Source of the DNA: a virus
Taxonomy: Duplodnaviria > Caudoviricetes
IMG/VR virus record: IMGVR_UViG_3300037803_000024
Span: 1 to 56,516 of that record
DNA: 56,516 bases
Strand: one strand, 5' to 3'
Position numbers and translations under genes: made by a program. Positions 1-7,465 of the stretch are shown one piece after another (the first letter of the stretch is position 1; the number at the start of each line of letters is the position of its first letter). Below the pieces are notes generated by a model. It ran no database searches and was not told the origin of the DNA. It saw only the letters and a list, made by a program, of their open reading frames with translations.

Positions 1-127
1 GCTTTTCAAGCCCAACCTGCCGCAACTCGCCGGAAACGATGTCTTCCGTGTCCGTGGCGTCCAGCGGCCCGATGCGCCCCACGGTCTCCGTGTCCGTGTT
101 CCCGCTCGCCACCATCGCACCGCCTGC
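1..127. repeat. Terminal direct repeat (assembly overlap indicating a circular or circularly permuted genome)
   Basis: 1-127 is identical to 56390-56516, and an ORF reads through the junction. Confidence 0.95.
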
Positions 128-229
128 GTTGGACGTTGCCGCGCCCGGTCGGTGAATCGTCACCGTATCCAGCATTTCGCCTTCGGTGAGCGCCTGAAGC
201 TTGGGCAGTACGCCGGTAAAGATGCTCAC
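1..229 (-). CDS. Head-closure/head-tail joining protein, 5' part (spans the junction; continues to 56238)
   Basis: GTG at 229 gives MSIFTGVLPKLQALTEGEMLDTVTIHRPG..., in frame with ORF 56238..56504; lies between the adaptor and gp10-like genes. Confidence 0.65.
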   Translation of the reverse strand, partial: MSIFTGVLPKLQALTEGEMLDTVTIHRPGAATSNAGGAMVASGNTDTETVGRIGPLDATDTEDIVSGELRQVGLEK

Positions 230-230
230 C

Positions 231-641
231 CTAGAAGCTCCTGACGATCTGCTGTGCGAAGGAGGCGCGCGGCGGCGTGTCGGCCTCCACGGTCACCGCT
301 GTAGCGCCCTCCACCGCATCCGTGAACGCGGCCTTCCACTCCGCTACCTTCTGTGCGAAGTACTTGCGTTGATCCGCCGCGTACGCTGCCGAGATGTCGC
401 CCTTGTCGATGCTGACGGAATTGGGGTCGCTCGCCATCCGCAGCAGCACGTCACTGAAGCCGCGCCAGTACGTGTACGCCAACACTACCGCATCCGCCTG
501 CTCCTGCGTGGCCCCATCCGGCACCTTGCTCGCCCCCAGCGCTATCCATATACCTGCCGCGGTCGGCAGGTCCGGCGTGCTGAACCACGAGGCTTGCAAC
601 TCCCCGGTTGGGGCCGTTACGTCGGCGGAGGTGATCGGCAC
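231..641 (-). CDS. Probable head-tail adaptor/connector
   Basis: 136 aa; synteny downstream of the major capsid gene. Confidence 0.5.
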   Translation of the reverse strand: MPITSADVTAPTGELQASWFSTPDLPTAAGIWIALGASKVPDGATQEQADAVVLAYTYWRGFSDVLLRMASDPNSVSIDKGDISAAYAADQRKYFAQKVAEWKAAFTDAVEGATAVTVEADTPPRASFAQQIVRSF

Positions 642-644
642 AGG

Positions 645-926
645 TTACGTCCCTCTCGCTTCTATGACGGCCTGCACGTCGGGCTTGGTGTAGCCGTTCG
701 GGCTGGACGGCGACGCACCCTTGAAATCGCCCGCCGACAGCCCTGCATCCTGTGCGGCCTCGCGCGCGGCTTCGCTGGCGAAGTCAACGCCGTCAAGTGA
801 GCCCTGCCCCGAATCGCTCACCTTGCTCTCTGCTTCCTTGGCGCCGCCCTTCACGGGCTTGCCGTTGGCATCCACCAGCCTGCCCCGTACCCGGTAGCGC
901 CCGCCTGCAATCGTCTCTGCCATCAT
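645..926 (-). CDS. Small protein with an E3-binding (PSBD)-like C-terminal motif
   Basis: FASEAAREAAQDAGLSAGDFKGASPSSPNGYTKPDVQAVI resembles the ASPAARKLA..G.D...V.GTG..GRITKEDV pattern; directly after the MCP. Confidence 0.5.
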   Translation of the reverse strand: MMAETIAGGRYRVRGRLVDANGKPVKGGAKEAESKVSDSGQGSLDGVDFASEAAREAAQDAGLSAGDFKGASPSSPNGYTKPDVQAVIEARGT

Positions 927-932
927 CGCCTC

Positions 933-2030
933 TTAGTTGAAGGTGGGAGCGGTGTAAGTCCCCCCGCTTCCCGCGTTCGCCCATAGGATTGCGCCGTTGG
1001 TGCGCGTCCACGCGCCGAAGCCGAACAGCGTCTCCATGTGGCGTGCGTGCAGCGGCATCAACTCCGTCTCCGCAGCCAAGTAGAGGCCCTGAAGCTGGCG
1101 CTCCGAAGGCACGCGCATCCGCAGCGGCTTGCGGTCGTCGCTCGCGTCGAAGGCGAAGAAGTACTCGGCAGGCATCCACGGCTTCGTCCACACCTCAGCC
1201 CCGTGGAAGCGGCCGATGGCGCGGTTGTCCAGCCGCGACATGTCCAGCGTGCCGTTCGCGCGGTCGTTCGCGGTGCCGGGGATGATCCCCTGCTCCACGT
1301 AGGGCGCGAAGTCGGCCAGCGCCCGAACGGTGCTTTCCTGCGCCCGGTTGATGTAGATGCGGAGCGCGCCGCCGTGGTCGTGCTCCACCACGTCATCCAC
1401 CAGTGCCACCAGCGCCGTGTTGAGCCCGGAACCCGACGTGCTGGCGGTGGCGTCGTAGTGCGTGTGCGTGGCCCCGTCGAAAGACTCCGCGTTGCGGTTG
1501 ATGGGGATGGGGTCGCCGTCAGCGTTCAGCAGCCGCTTGACGTTCAGCGTCTCGCCCACGGCCTCCGTGGCGAAGCGTTCGATTACGTCGAAGTTGGTCG
1601 CACCGAAGAGCGCGTTCCGAACCCCGCGCCGCAGCGCGTTCACGTGCGCACGCTGTGCCAGGATCTGCTTTTCGATCATGTCCGCGACGGTGGCGCGGAT
1701 GAAGTAGTCACGCGTCCAGCCCACCGCGAACTGCTTCTTGGTGAGCCCCCACGCGACTTTGCCCTTGGCGGCGGCCTTCTGCGTGCGCACCGCGCCGAAC
1801 TCGTCCACGTCCTCCATGTCGGCATCCTGCTCGACACCGTACGTCCCCGTGCGCTCCGTGGTGGTCGCCACGAGATCGTTCAGGATGCCCTGTACCTGCG
1901 CGTTGTGCGCGTCCAGCGCGTCCCGGAGCGGCTGCACGAGGTTGTCCACCCCGAATTCGATGATGCGGCTCTCCGCCGCGTCGCGGTTGCTGAGCAGGTC
2001 CGCGATTGTGTAAGTGCCGGTGACGGCCAT
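933..2030 (-). CDS. Major capsid protein
   Basis: 365 aa, follows the scaffold and decoration genes; size and composition fit an HK97-fold MCP. Confidence 0.8.
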   Translation of the reverse strand: MAVTGTYTIADLLSNRDAAESRIIEFGVDNLVQPLRDALDAHNAQVQGILNDLVATTTERTGTYGVEQDADMEDVDEFGAVRTQKAAAKGKVAWGLTKKQFAVGWTRDYFIRATVADMIEKQILAQRAHVNALRRGVRNALFGATNFDVIERFATEAVGETLNVKRLLNADGDPIPINRNAESFDGATHTHYDATASTSGSGLNTALVALVDDVVEHDHGGALRIYINRAQESTVRALADFAPYVEQGIIPGTANDRANGTLDMSRLDNRAIGRFHGAEVWTKPWMPAEYFFAFDASDDRKPLRMRVPSERQLQGLYLAAETELMPLHARHMETLFGFGAWTRTNGAILWANAGSGGTYTAPTFN

Positions 2031-2042
2031 TTGCGGATCTCC

Positions 2043-2456
2043 TTACGCGACGAGGGCACGGACGACGATGTCCGTGGGGGAGATGATCTTGGCGATGGCA
2101 ACCTCGCCTCCAGTGGTCGCCCCGTCGTCCAGCCGCCCAGCGGTTTCTCCGAGGTAGAGCGCGGTCGGCGCGGTGAGTCCCGTACCGTAGCCGAAGCGGG
2201 TACCCGGCCCATACAGCGTCACCGGCTCGCCCTCTGCGTAGGCGACGGGCGTAAAGCCGTCCACCGCCGCCGCGGCGTCCGCAGCGGTGCCGTTGGACAT
2301 GTAGACCATCATCTTGCCGTCCACCACTTCCTTGATGTAGCAGGGCGCCACTGCGTCCAACGCCTCACCAGCGACGTAGTCACCCGAAAGCTGGGGCGCC
2401 CTCATTGCCGTGGTGGCGTCGATATGCGCCGTGCTGGCGCGGGTGATGAGAGCCAT
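2043..2456 (-). CDS. Head decoration/cement protein
   Basis: Start MALITRAS at 2456; AGEALDAVAPCYI...GEPVTLYG...LYLGETAGRL beta-rich pattern; upstream of the MCP. Confidence 0.65.
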   Translation of the reverse strand: MALITRASTAHIDATTAMRAPQLSGDYVAGEALDAVAPCYIKEVVDGKMMVYMSNGTAADAAAAVDGFTPVAYAEGEPVTLYGPGTRFGYGTGLTAPTALYLGETAGRLDDGATTGGEVAIAKIISPTDIVVRALVA

Positions 2457-2481
2457 TTCGTTTCTCTGTTTCCGGGTTGCG

Positions 2482-3177
2482 CTAGACGGAGTAGTCCACC
2501 TTGGTCCGCACCGCCTTCGCGTGATCTTCTGGCGTCCGCGTGGTGCCGCCCGCGCTCGCCATGCCGCGCTGCTCTGGCACTCCACGCCCATCGCCGCCTG
2601 CCGTGCTCCCGTTTCCGCTGGCCGAAGCCACCAGCACGGGCGCGAGGTAGGGCCACTTCTCCTTGATGATGTCCGCCACGCGCACCTGCTTGCCTTCCAC
2701 GGTGGCGAACGCTGTCTTTTGCTTGACGTTCTCCTTCTTGCCGCCGTTCAGGCGCTCCACCGTCACTTCGCCCTCGCTCAACTCCAGCGCGTCGAAGCCC
2801 GTGGTGTTCTGGAGCACGTCGGGCGCCTGCTCGTTCCACCCTTCGGTTGCGAGCGCGCTACGCAGGATGTCCTTGCGGTCGCGCTGCTTCTTCTCCGTCG
2901 CCAGCGTGTCGCGCTCTGTCTTCAGCGTCGCCACGTCTTCCGGCTTGACGCCCAGCGCCTTCCACGCCTCGTGGACCTTGGCCTCTTCCGCCGTCAGCAC
3001 TACCGATCCTTCGGGCGGCACACCCTTGGCCTTCTCTGTCAGATCGCGGACCTTGTCCCGCTCCTTCTGGTTGTCGCGTTCAAGGTCCGCGATCTTGCGC
3101 GTGACTTCGGCTGGCGTGGGCGCGATTGCACGGTATGCGGCCAATTCCGTGAATGCGCTTTCGGGCATCTCCGGCAC
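2482..3177 (-). CDS. Capsid scaffold protein
   Basis: Charged coiled coil with a low-complexity C-terminus; precedes decoration and MCP genes; start (GTG 3177 or ATG 3168) uncertain. Confidence 0.65.
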   Translation of the reverse strand: MPEMPESAFTELAAYRAIAPTPAEVTRKIADLERDNQKERDKVRDLTEKAKGVPPEGSVVLTAEEAKVHEAWKALGVKPEDVATLKTERDTLATEKKQRDRKDILRSALATEGWNEQAPDVLQNTTGFDALELSEGEVTVERLNGGKKENVKQKTAFATVEGKQVRVADIIKEKWPYLAPVLVASASGNGSTAGGDGRGVPEQRGMASAGGTTRTPEDHAKAVRTKVDYSV

Positions 3178-3324
3178 GGGTGGAACCCCTGTCTGTCTGG
3201 TGAGGCCCCGGCATCCGGGGCGCAGCGCGGCGGCATCCGTCGCGGGCGGTGGAGGGCTGCGGCCGGGAGCATCCCCCAGCCTGTTGCTACTGCGGATGGA
3301 CACCTTGCGGCAGGCTAAACGCGA

Positions 3325-3362
3325 AAAGGCCCGCGCCCTCGCGCATCGCGAAGGCAAGGGCC
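3325..3362 (-). terminator. GC-rich hairpin followed by UUUU (terminator or attenuator) in the capsid-operon leader
   Basis: Minus strand GGCCCTTGCCTTCGCG ATG CGCGAGGGCGCGGGCC TTTT. Confidence 0.4.
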
Positions 3363-3464
3363 GTCTCTGGCTAGCCGTCCTCTGGTGTCTTGTACTCTAG
3401 CCTCAAGCGTCCAGAGGAACGCGGTTCGGCGCCACCCGTCGATGGACGCCTAGAGGCCAGACAT

Positions 3465-3545
3465 AGCGCGTGGTGGGGAAGCCGAACCCCACGCACAGAC
3501 GACTCGTTTAGACTCGCCCTGCTCTGCCACTTGAGCTACACGCGC
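3465..3545 (-). tRNA. Atypical tRNA-like gene with an enlarged anticodon loop containing CUA
   Basis: Acceptor GCGCGTG/CACGCGC; TA; D-arm GCTC-AAGTGGCA-GAGC; stem GGCGA/TCGTC with 11-nt loop GTCTAAACGAG; T-arm GTGGGG-TTCGGCTT-CCCCAC; no encoded CCA. Confidence 0.65.
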
Positions 3546-3563
3546 AGTTGCCCTTAATACTTT

Positions 3564-3686
3564 TGAACGGTAGGGGTGGGGTGGCGGACTCGAACGCCTA
3601 GCCCCGCTTCGCAGCTAGGGCCGTCTCGGATTCGGAAAGCCGAGACCCCACCTGTCCCCTTCTGGCACCCCCGCCCCTACCGTTCA
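3564..3686 (-). ncRNA. Structured RNA element with a T-loop-like arm and alternative pairings
   Basis: 13-bp perfect inverted repeat TGAACGGTAGGGG (3564-3576)/CCCCTACCGTTCA (3674-3686); inner GGTGGGGT/ACCCCACC stem, CTCGG/CCGAG hairpin and GGCG-TTCGAGTC-CGCC arm. Confidence 0.5.
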
Positions 3687-3709
3687 CCTATGTACGTTTC
3701 TGCTGCTGC

Positions 3710-3738
3710 ACTATACGCGCCAACCGTTCCCGCGTCAA
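3710..3738 (-). promoter_or_regulatory. sigma70-like promoter for the structured leader and capsid operon
   Basis: TTGACG-17 nt-TATAGT on the minus strand. Confidence 0.7.
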
Positions 3739-3959
3739 GTGCCGCCTTCTCCAGCGTCGTTGCTGAGGAAGAAAGAGGAGCCGTCTAATCCGAACGAAGA
3801 GGGCTCTGGCCTCAACTCCCGTATGGCATCCGCCACGTCCAGAGCAGCCCATACCATCGCTCGAATCAGGTAGCTGGTTTCATCGCTACCGTTGCTGGCC
3901 TCTAATGACTGATCTAACGAGTGCACCGCCCATTGTCTCGCCGTTGTCGCTTCACTCAT
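3735..3959 (-). CDS. Hypothetical protein
   Basis: 74-aa ORF immediately after peptide A. Confidence 0.4.
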   Translation of the reverse strand: MSEATTARQWAVHSLDQSLEASNGSDETSYLIRAMVWAALDVADAIRELRPEPSSFGLDGSSFFLSNDAGEGGT

Positions 3960-3965
3960 GAGAAC

Positions 3966-4295
3966 CTATCCAGTGCAGGGTGAACATGGCGTGACGCCAC
4001 CGCAGTCTGACGCCGCGCAGGAAAGACAGGTGTGCCACATCGTTGGCCCGCACGTCGGCATCCCACCGCATCCCGACTTAGGGCAGGTCCCCATCCCTGC
4101 GCAGGTGGCGAACGTCGGTTCTCCGCCGCCGCCGCAGGTGTCGGGGTCGCCTGAATACTGCACACATCCACCCCAACAGGTATCCTCCAGAGCGCCGGTC
4201 GCGTGCGCTCCTACCGTGCCCGTGCCGTAGACTGCCAACGTGTTGAACAACTCCACGCGAAGGGTGTCCACGTCCAGCCTTAGCTTCGCGGCCAT
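3966..4295 (-). CDS. Cys-rich RiPP (lanthipeptide-like) precursor peptide A
   Basis: Leader KLRLDVDTLRVELF...GTVGAH; core with 12 Cys and many Thr-Cys pairs; GGAGGG RBS. Confidence 0.8.
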   Translation of the reverse strand: MAAKLRLDVDTLRVELFNTLAVYGTGTVGAHATGALEDTCWGGCVQYSGDPDTCGGGGEPTFATCAGMGTCPKSGCGGMPTCGPTMWHTCLSCAASDCGGVTPCSPCTG

Positions 4296-4330
4296 TGACC
4301 TACCCTCCGTTCAGGTGGGTATCCGGTTGC

Positions 4331-4370
4331 GGACAATCTGGAGGTTACTGTTTGTCCAACGCGCGGTCAA
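4331..4370 (-). promoter_or_regulatory. Promoter and operator for peptide A
   Basis: TTGACC-17-TAACCT (4370-4342) overlapped by inverted repeat GGACAA-N15-TTGTCC (4331-4357). Confidence 0.55.
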
Positions 4371-4665
4371 TGATCTAGGGGATCTAAGAATCTACTTCCC
4401 ATTCCTCAACGGCTGGACTCGTGGTGAACGTCGCGGCGTAATCTCGCGCAGCTATTTCAGTCGAGAATACGCCAAGAATCTGACCACCGATGCTGTCCCT
4501 ATCGTCCTCGGCTGGAGAGCCCACGATCCAGACGATCAGTTTGCGGGCGCTCATCTGCGCATCCATCCGGTGAAGGCGTCCACCACTCGCGTGCAGGCGT
4601 CCAGCACGGCACAGACAATCCGCTCCCATAGCGGCAGGCGCGGCGGTTCGAAGTCTGCTCTGAAG

Positions 4666-4881
4666 TCAGTCACGTTGCGCTCGCTTCCATACACAGGTGT
4701 CGGCGTGCATGTCAAAGGAGAACTCTCCGCAGTAAAAGCACTCTAACTCTTCTACGGCGGCGTTCCACTTCCAAGGTTCGCTACTTCGGATGAATTGCAG
4801 GGCGTCGTATCCAGTGAGCGGCCACGTGTGATCCCGCTCCGGCGTTACGGAGTGCCGATACTCGTCTGACGAGTCGTCCAT
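4666..4881 (-). CDS. Hypothetical protein (CxxC...H...C)
   Basis: Coupled to the MuF stop (TAATG overlap). Confidence 0.5.
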   Translation of the reverse strand: MDDSSDEYRHSVTPERDHTWPLTGYDALQFIRSSEPWKWNAAVEELECFYCGEFSFDMHADTCVWKRAQRD

Positions 4882-5495
4882 TATCTATACTCCCAGCCGC
4901 ATCGGCACCTACTTCTGCAATCCCGCTCCCCGATCTCCGTCTGCCCCGGATCGTTGATTGGTCCCCAGCCGCGTGCAGCGGCTTCAATGCAGCCTTGGCA
5001 CGAATCGCCGGAGTGACGGATACTGCGCCGCTCCGTGTTGCCGCGTACCAGCATCTCCGCCTTTTCGATGCGGTGGAACAGGGGTCTGCCCGCGTTCGCA
5101 TAAAGCTGTGAGCGACTGTTTACCGTGCCGTTCAGCGGCTGTTTCCCCGTCGCTACGTCGCGCATGAAGCCGCGCAGGTATTTGTACTGATCCTGCACGT
5201 AGCGCCCGACGCGCCCCAAGTCCGCTTCCGTCATCTGCGCCCATCCGCCCTTCGCCGCCGCGCCGCTGTAGACGGAGACAACCTTGACTTCGCGGCGCAT
5301 CCTGACTTCCCACGTAATCAGGTCGATGGAGCCGGAGCGCAGTTGGTTCGCCAGCACGTCCATGCGCTTGCCTGCGGCTTCCAGGGCAGCATCAAGGTAG
5401 GCACGGACGCGGGCAGGTGGCACGAAGGCGCCAGTTGGCCCACGGTAGCGACCTGCGGCGCGATCCCAGCGGAAAGGAGGGCGCTTATCAGTCAC
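4881..5495 (-). CDS. Minor head/head morphogenesis protein (MuF-like)
   Basis: C-terminal SCQGC...G...IGERDCRSRCRCGWEY signature; lies between the portal and scaffold genes. Confidence 0.75.
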   Translation of the reverse strand: MTDKRPPFRWDRAAGRYRGPTGAFVPPARVRAYLDAALEAAGKRMDVLANQLRSGSIDLITWEVRMRREVKVVSVYSGAAAKGGWAQMTEADLGRVGRYVQDQYKYLRGFMRDVATGKQPLNGTVNSRSQLYANAGRPLFHRIEKAEMLVRGNTERRSIRHSGDSCQGCIEAAARGWGPINDPGQTEIGERDCRSRCRCGWEYR

Positions 5496-6582
5496 GCTTG
5501 CTCAACTCCCATCCTGACCAATCCCTGCGTTGTCCCTGCGCTTTTACAAGGTCCGAAGGGAACCAGCGTCCGTCTCGCGAGATGTTGTCTGCCATTCGTT
5601 CCATCATCAACATCGCCGTCCTGTAGGTAACCTGCAAAACTCTTTGCAACTCAAGGACCGGCACGGCATCCTTGCTTGTAAAGAGGAGCCAGAATGCGTG
5701 CGCCCACTTGTGCAAGGGAATGGGGGAGTCCTCAAATACTGAACCCGTTTTCATCGTGTACTGGTACCCACAGCCCTTGCAGCGCAAACGATAGTTCTCC
5801 TGCCTGCCGCCCGCCCGGCTCATCATTTGATACACGTCCCGCGAACCGCAGCCGATACAGACATAGCCATCGGGCCAGCGCTTTGCTTCAAAGAAATTCA
5901 CGGCCGCCGATTCGTCGCGGCACGCCAGAGGTAGGCTACCCCGCTCCGCCATTTCTTCCGGAGTCACGCATTTGGGCCAGCGTCGCCCACGAGTAATAAC
6001 CGTGAGCCCCTGCTTGCTGGTTTCCACGCGCCAGCGCCATTGATTCACTCCGCGGCCCGTGCGCAGCATCGTTCGCAGGTCGTTGCGCCACTTTTCAACG
6101 CTTGAAGCGCTAGCAGGCGGGAGTAGCGAAACTCTACCCGGTACGGCGCAAGCCAAGCGCGTTACAGCGGAGTATTTTCCGTCTCCGGAGAATACGTAGG
6201 CATCGGGCACCATCTCTGCGAGAATCTTGGTGACAGTCACTCGCTTGATGCCGGTGAAAATCGACGCCTCTTCAATAGGTACGCCGTCTACCAGAAACAT
6301 CTTGCCGATCTTCGCGCGATCCTCAAACGGGACCTGATCGGTCACGCGCAGATAGGCCGCACTCACCCCAAAGCCATCCAGCGACGCCCGCCCATCGCCG
6401 TCGAACGAGCGCGGTAGCCGATGTTCCACGGCAACGTCTGCGTCGTCAGATAGCATCAGATGGAATGTACAGAGTTCCTCACCGTCAGGAATGAGCATTC
6501 CGCATTCGGCACAGACCGACGAGTCAAGTTCATGGGAATGCTCACGCAACCACTCGTCTGCGCTGATATTAGCAAGACTCAT
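5488..6582 (-). CDS. Fusion protein ending in an IS1595-family Zn-ribbon/HTH region, with no DDE domain
   Basis: DESAAVNFFEAKRWPDGYVCIGCGS...CKGCGYQYTMKTGSVFEDSPIPLHKW...ELQRVLQVTYRTAMLM; N-terminal CAECG...CTFH; start MSLANIS at 6582. Confidence 0.7.
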   Translation of the reverse strand: MSLANISADEWLREHSHELDSSVCAECGMLIPDGEELCTFHLMLSDDADVAVEHRLPRSFDGDGRASLDGFGVSAAYLRVTDQVPFEDRAKIGKMFLVDGVPIEEASIFTGIKRVTVTKILAEMVPDAYVFSGDGKYSAVTRLACAVPGRVSLLPPASASSVEKWRNDLRTMLRTGRGVNQWRWRVETSKQGLTVITRGRRWPKCVTPEEMAERGSLPLACRDESAAVNFFEAKRWPDGYVCIGCGSRDVYQMMSRAGGRQENYRLRCKGCGYQYTMKTGSVFEDSPIPLHKWAHAFWLLFTSKDAVPVLELQRVLQVTYRTAMLMMERMADNISRDGRWFPSDLVKAQGQRRDWSGWELSKRD

Positions 6583-6788
6583 AGAGTTTCTCCCGCCTGT
6601 TTCTTGTGTCCGTGTCCAATGTGAAAGTACCCGCAGTGAGGACAGGTATACACCTCCAGTCCATCGGCTGCACCCTTGCGCTTCCGGATGCCCTCGCGCT
6701 GCGCCTTGGCCCCTGCGCGGGAGGTGTGCTGCTGCTTGCCCGTCTTGTGGCACCAGCCGACGACTGGAGACCAGCGGCGCGTTTTCAT
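6579..6788 (-). CDS. Small Zn-finger phage protein
   Basis: C..TGK...TSRAGA...VYTCPHCGYFHIG; ATGA overlaps with neighbours. Confidence 0.6.
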   Translation of the reverse strand: MKTRRWSPVVGWCHKTGKQQHTSRAGAKAQREGIRKRKGAADGLEVYTCPHCGYFHIGHGHKKQAGETL

Positions 6789-7156
6789 GCCACCCCCAAC
6801 TCCTTCGCTGGGCCCTTCTGTCTGCTGGCGTAAGACTGCGGCTGCACCTGAAAGTCAACCTCCACACCCATGAGCTCAGATGCCGCGAGAGCCAGCCCTG
6901 CGCATTCTGCGGCCCAACTCCAGCGCGCTTCACTCCAGTCTCCAGTATCGCCCTCACGTTTCCACGCCGCGGGCGACAGCCCGTAGCGCTGCGCAAATGC
7001 GCTATCCGCGAGCACGAGGCGTACATCCCAATCTCGGGGCGTGCGGTCGGGATTAGCTATAGCACTGCCGACGAGATAGACACTGCACGGGCCGTACTTG
7101 CGCTGAACACCAGACGTCCAGGTGTTGAGCGCCCCGATAGCCACGTCGTCACGCAT
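6785..7156 (-). CDS. Minimal nucleotidyltransferase (Pol-beta superfamily)
   Basis: YLVGS...RDWDVR...VDFQ gives the GS, DxD and third Asp motifs. Confidence 0.65.
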   Translation of the reverse strand: MRDDVAIGALNTWTSGVQRKYGPCSVYLVGSAIANPDRTPRDWDVRLVLADSAFAQRYGLSPAAWKREGDTGDWSEARWSWAAECAGLALAASELMGVEVDFQVQPQSYASRQKGPAKELGVA

Positions 7157-7367
7157 CCGCCAACTCTGACGCGAGAGAGGTGAGAGCGGCGGCGCGTTCA
7201 AGCGCCAGTCCACGGACGACAGCCTTCCAGCCCTTTGGAGGTGGGCGGCGGGCATCCGACGCAAGGCGCGTCTGGCTCACCGTGTTTTCCGAAACGCCAA
7301 AGGCTTCCGCCATCGTTTTGATGATCGGCGGCCCCGCCAGCACGTCCACGGCCTTGTTGTAGTCCAT
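7149..7367 (-). CDS. Small HTH regulator (Cro-like)
   Basis: TMAEAFGVSENTVSQTR; divergent from the plus-strand operon at 7466. Confidence 0.6.
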   Translation of the reverse strand: MDYNKAVDVLAGPPIIKTMAEAFGVSENTVSQTRLASDARRPPPKGWKAVVRGLALERAAALTSLASELADA

Positions 7368-7382
7368 CCTTCTCCCGCTCGC

Positions 7383-7424
7383 GTAAGATACTCTTGACAC
7401 GATCCGCCGCCCACTGTATCTTAC
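7383..7424 (+). promoter_or_regulatory. sigma70-like promoter bracketed by an operator-like inverted repeat
   Basis: TTGACA (7394)-17-TATCTT (7417); GTAAGATA (7383-7390)/TATCTTAC (7417-7424). Confidence 0.75.
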
Positions 7425-7465
7425 ATACCAGAGAGACGGAGCGCAACCCTGGCGGGGCGGAGACG

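Noticed and set aside
1-127. Biological terminal repeat or att site
   Set aside because: It is an exact 127-nt overlap in the middle of a gene, matching a common assembler k-mer length; best explained as a circularisation artefact
1038-2666. Long plus-strand ORFs (for example 542 aa here, also 48046-49179 and 53015-53977)
   Set aside because: Antisense shadows of GC-rich structural genes, with Arg/His-rich non-protein-like composition
5488-5930. Active IS1595 element
   Set aside because: No DDE catalytic domain, and no terminal inverted repeats or target duplication were seen
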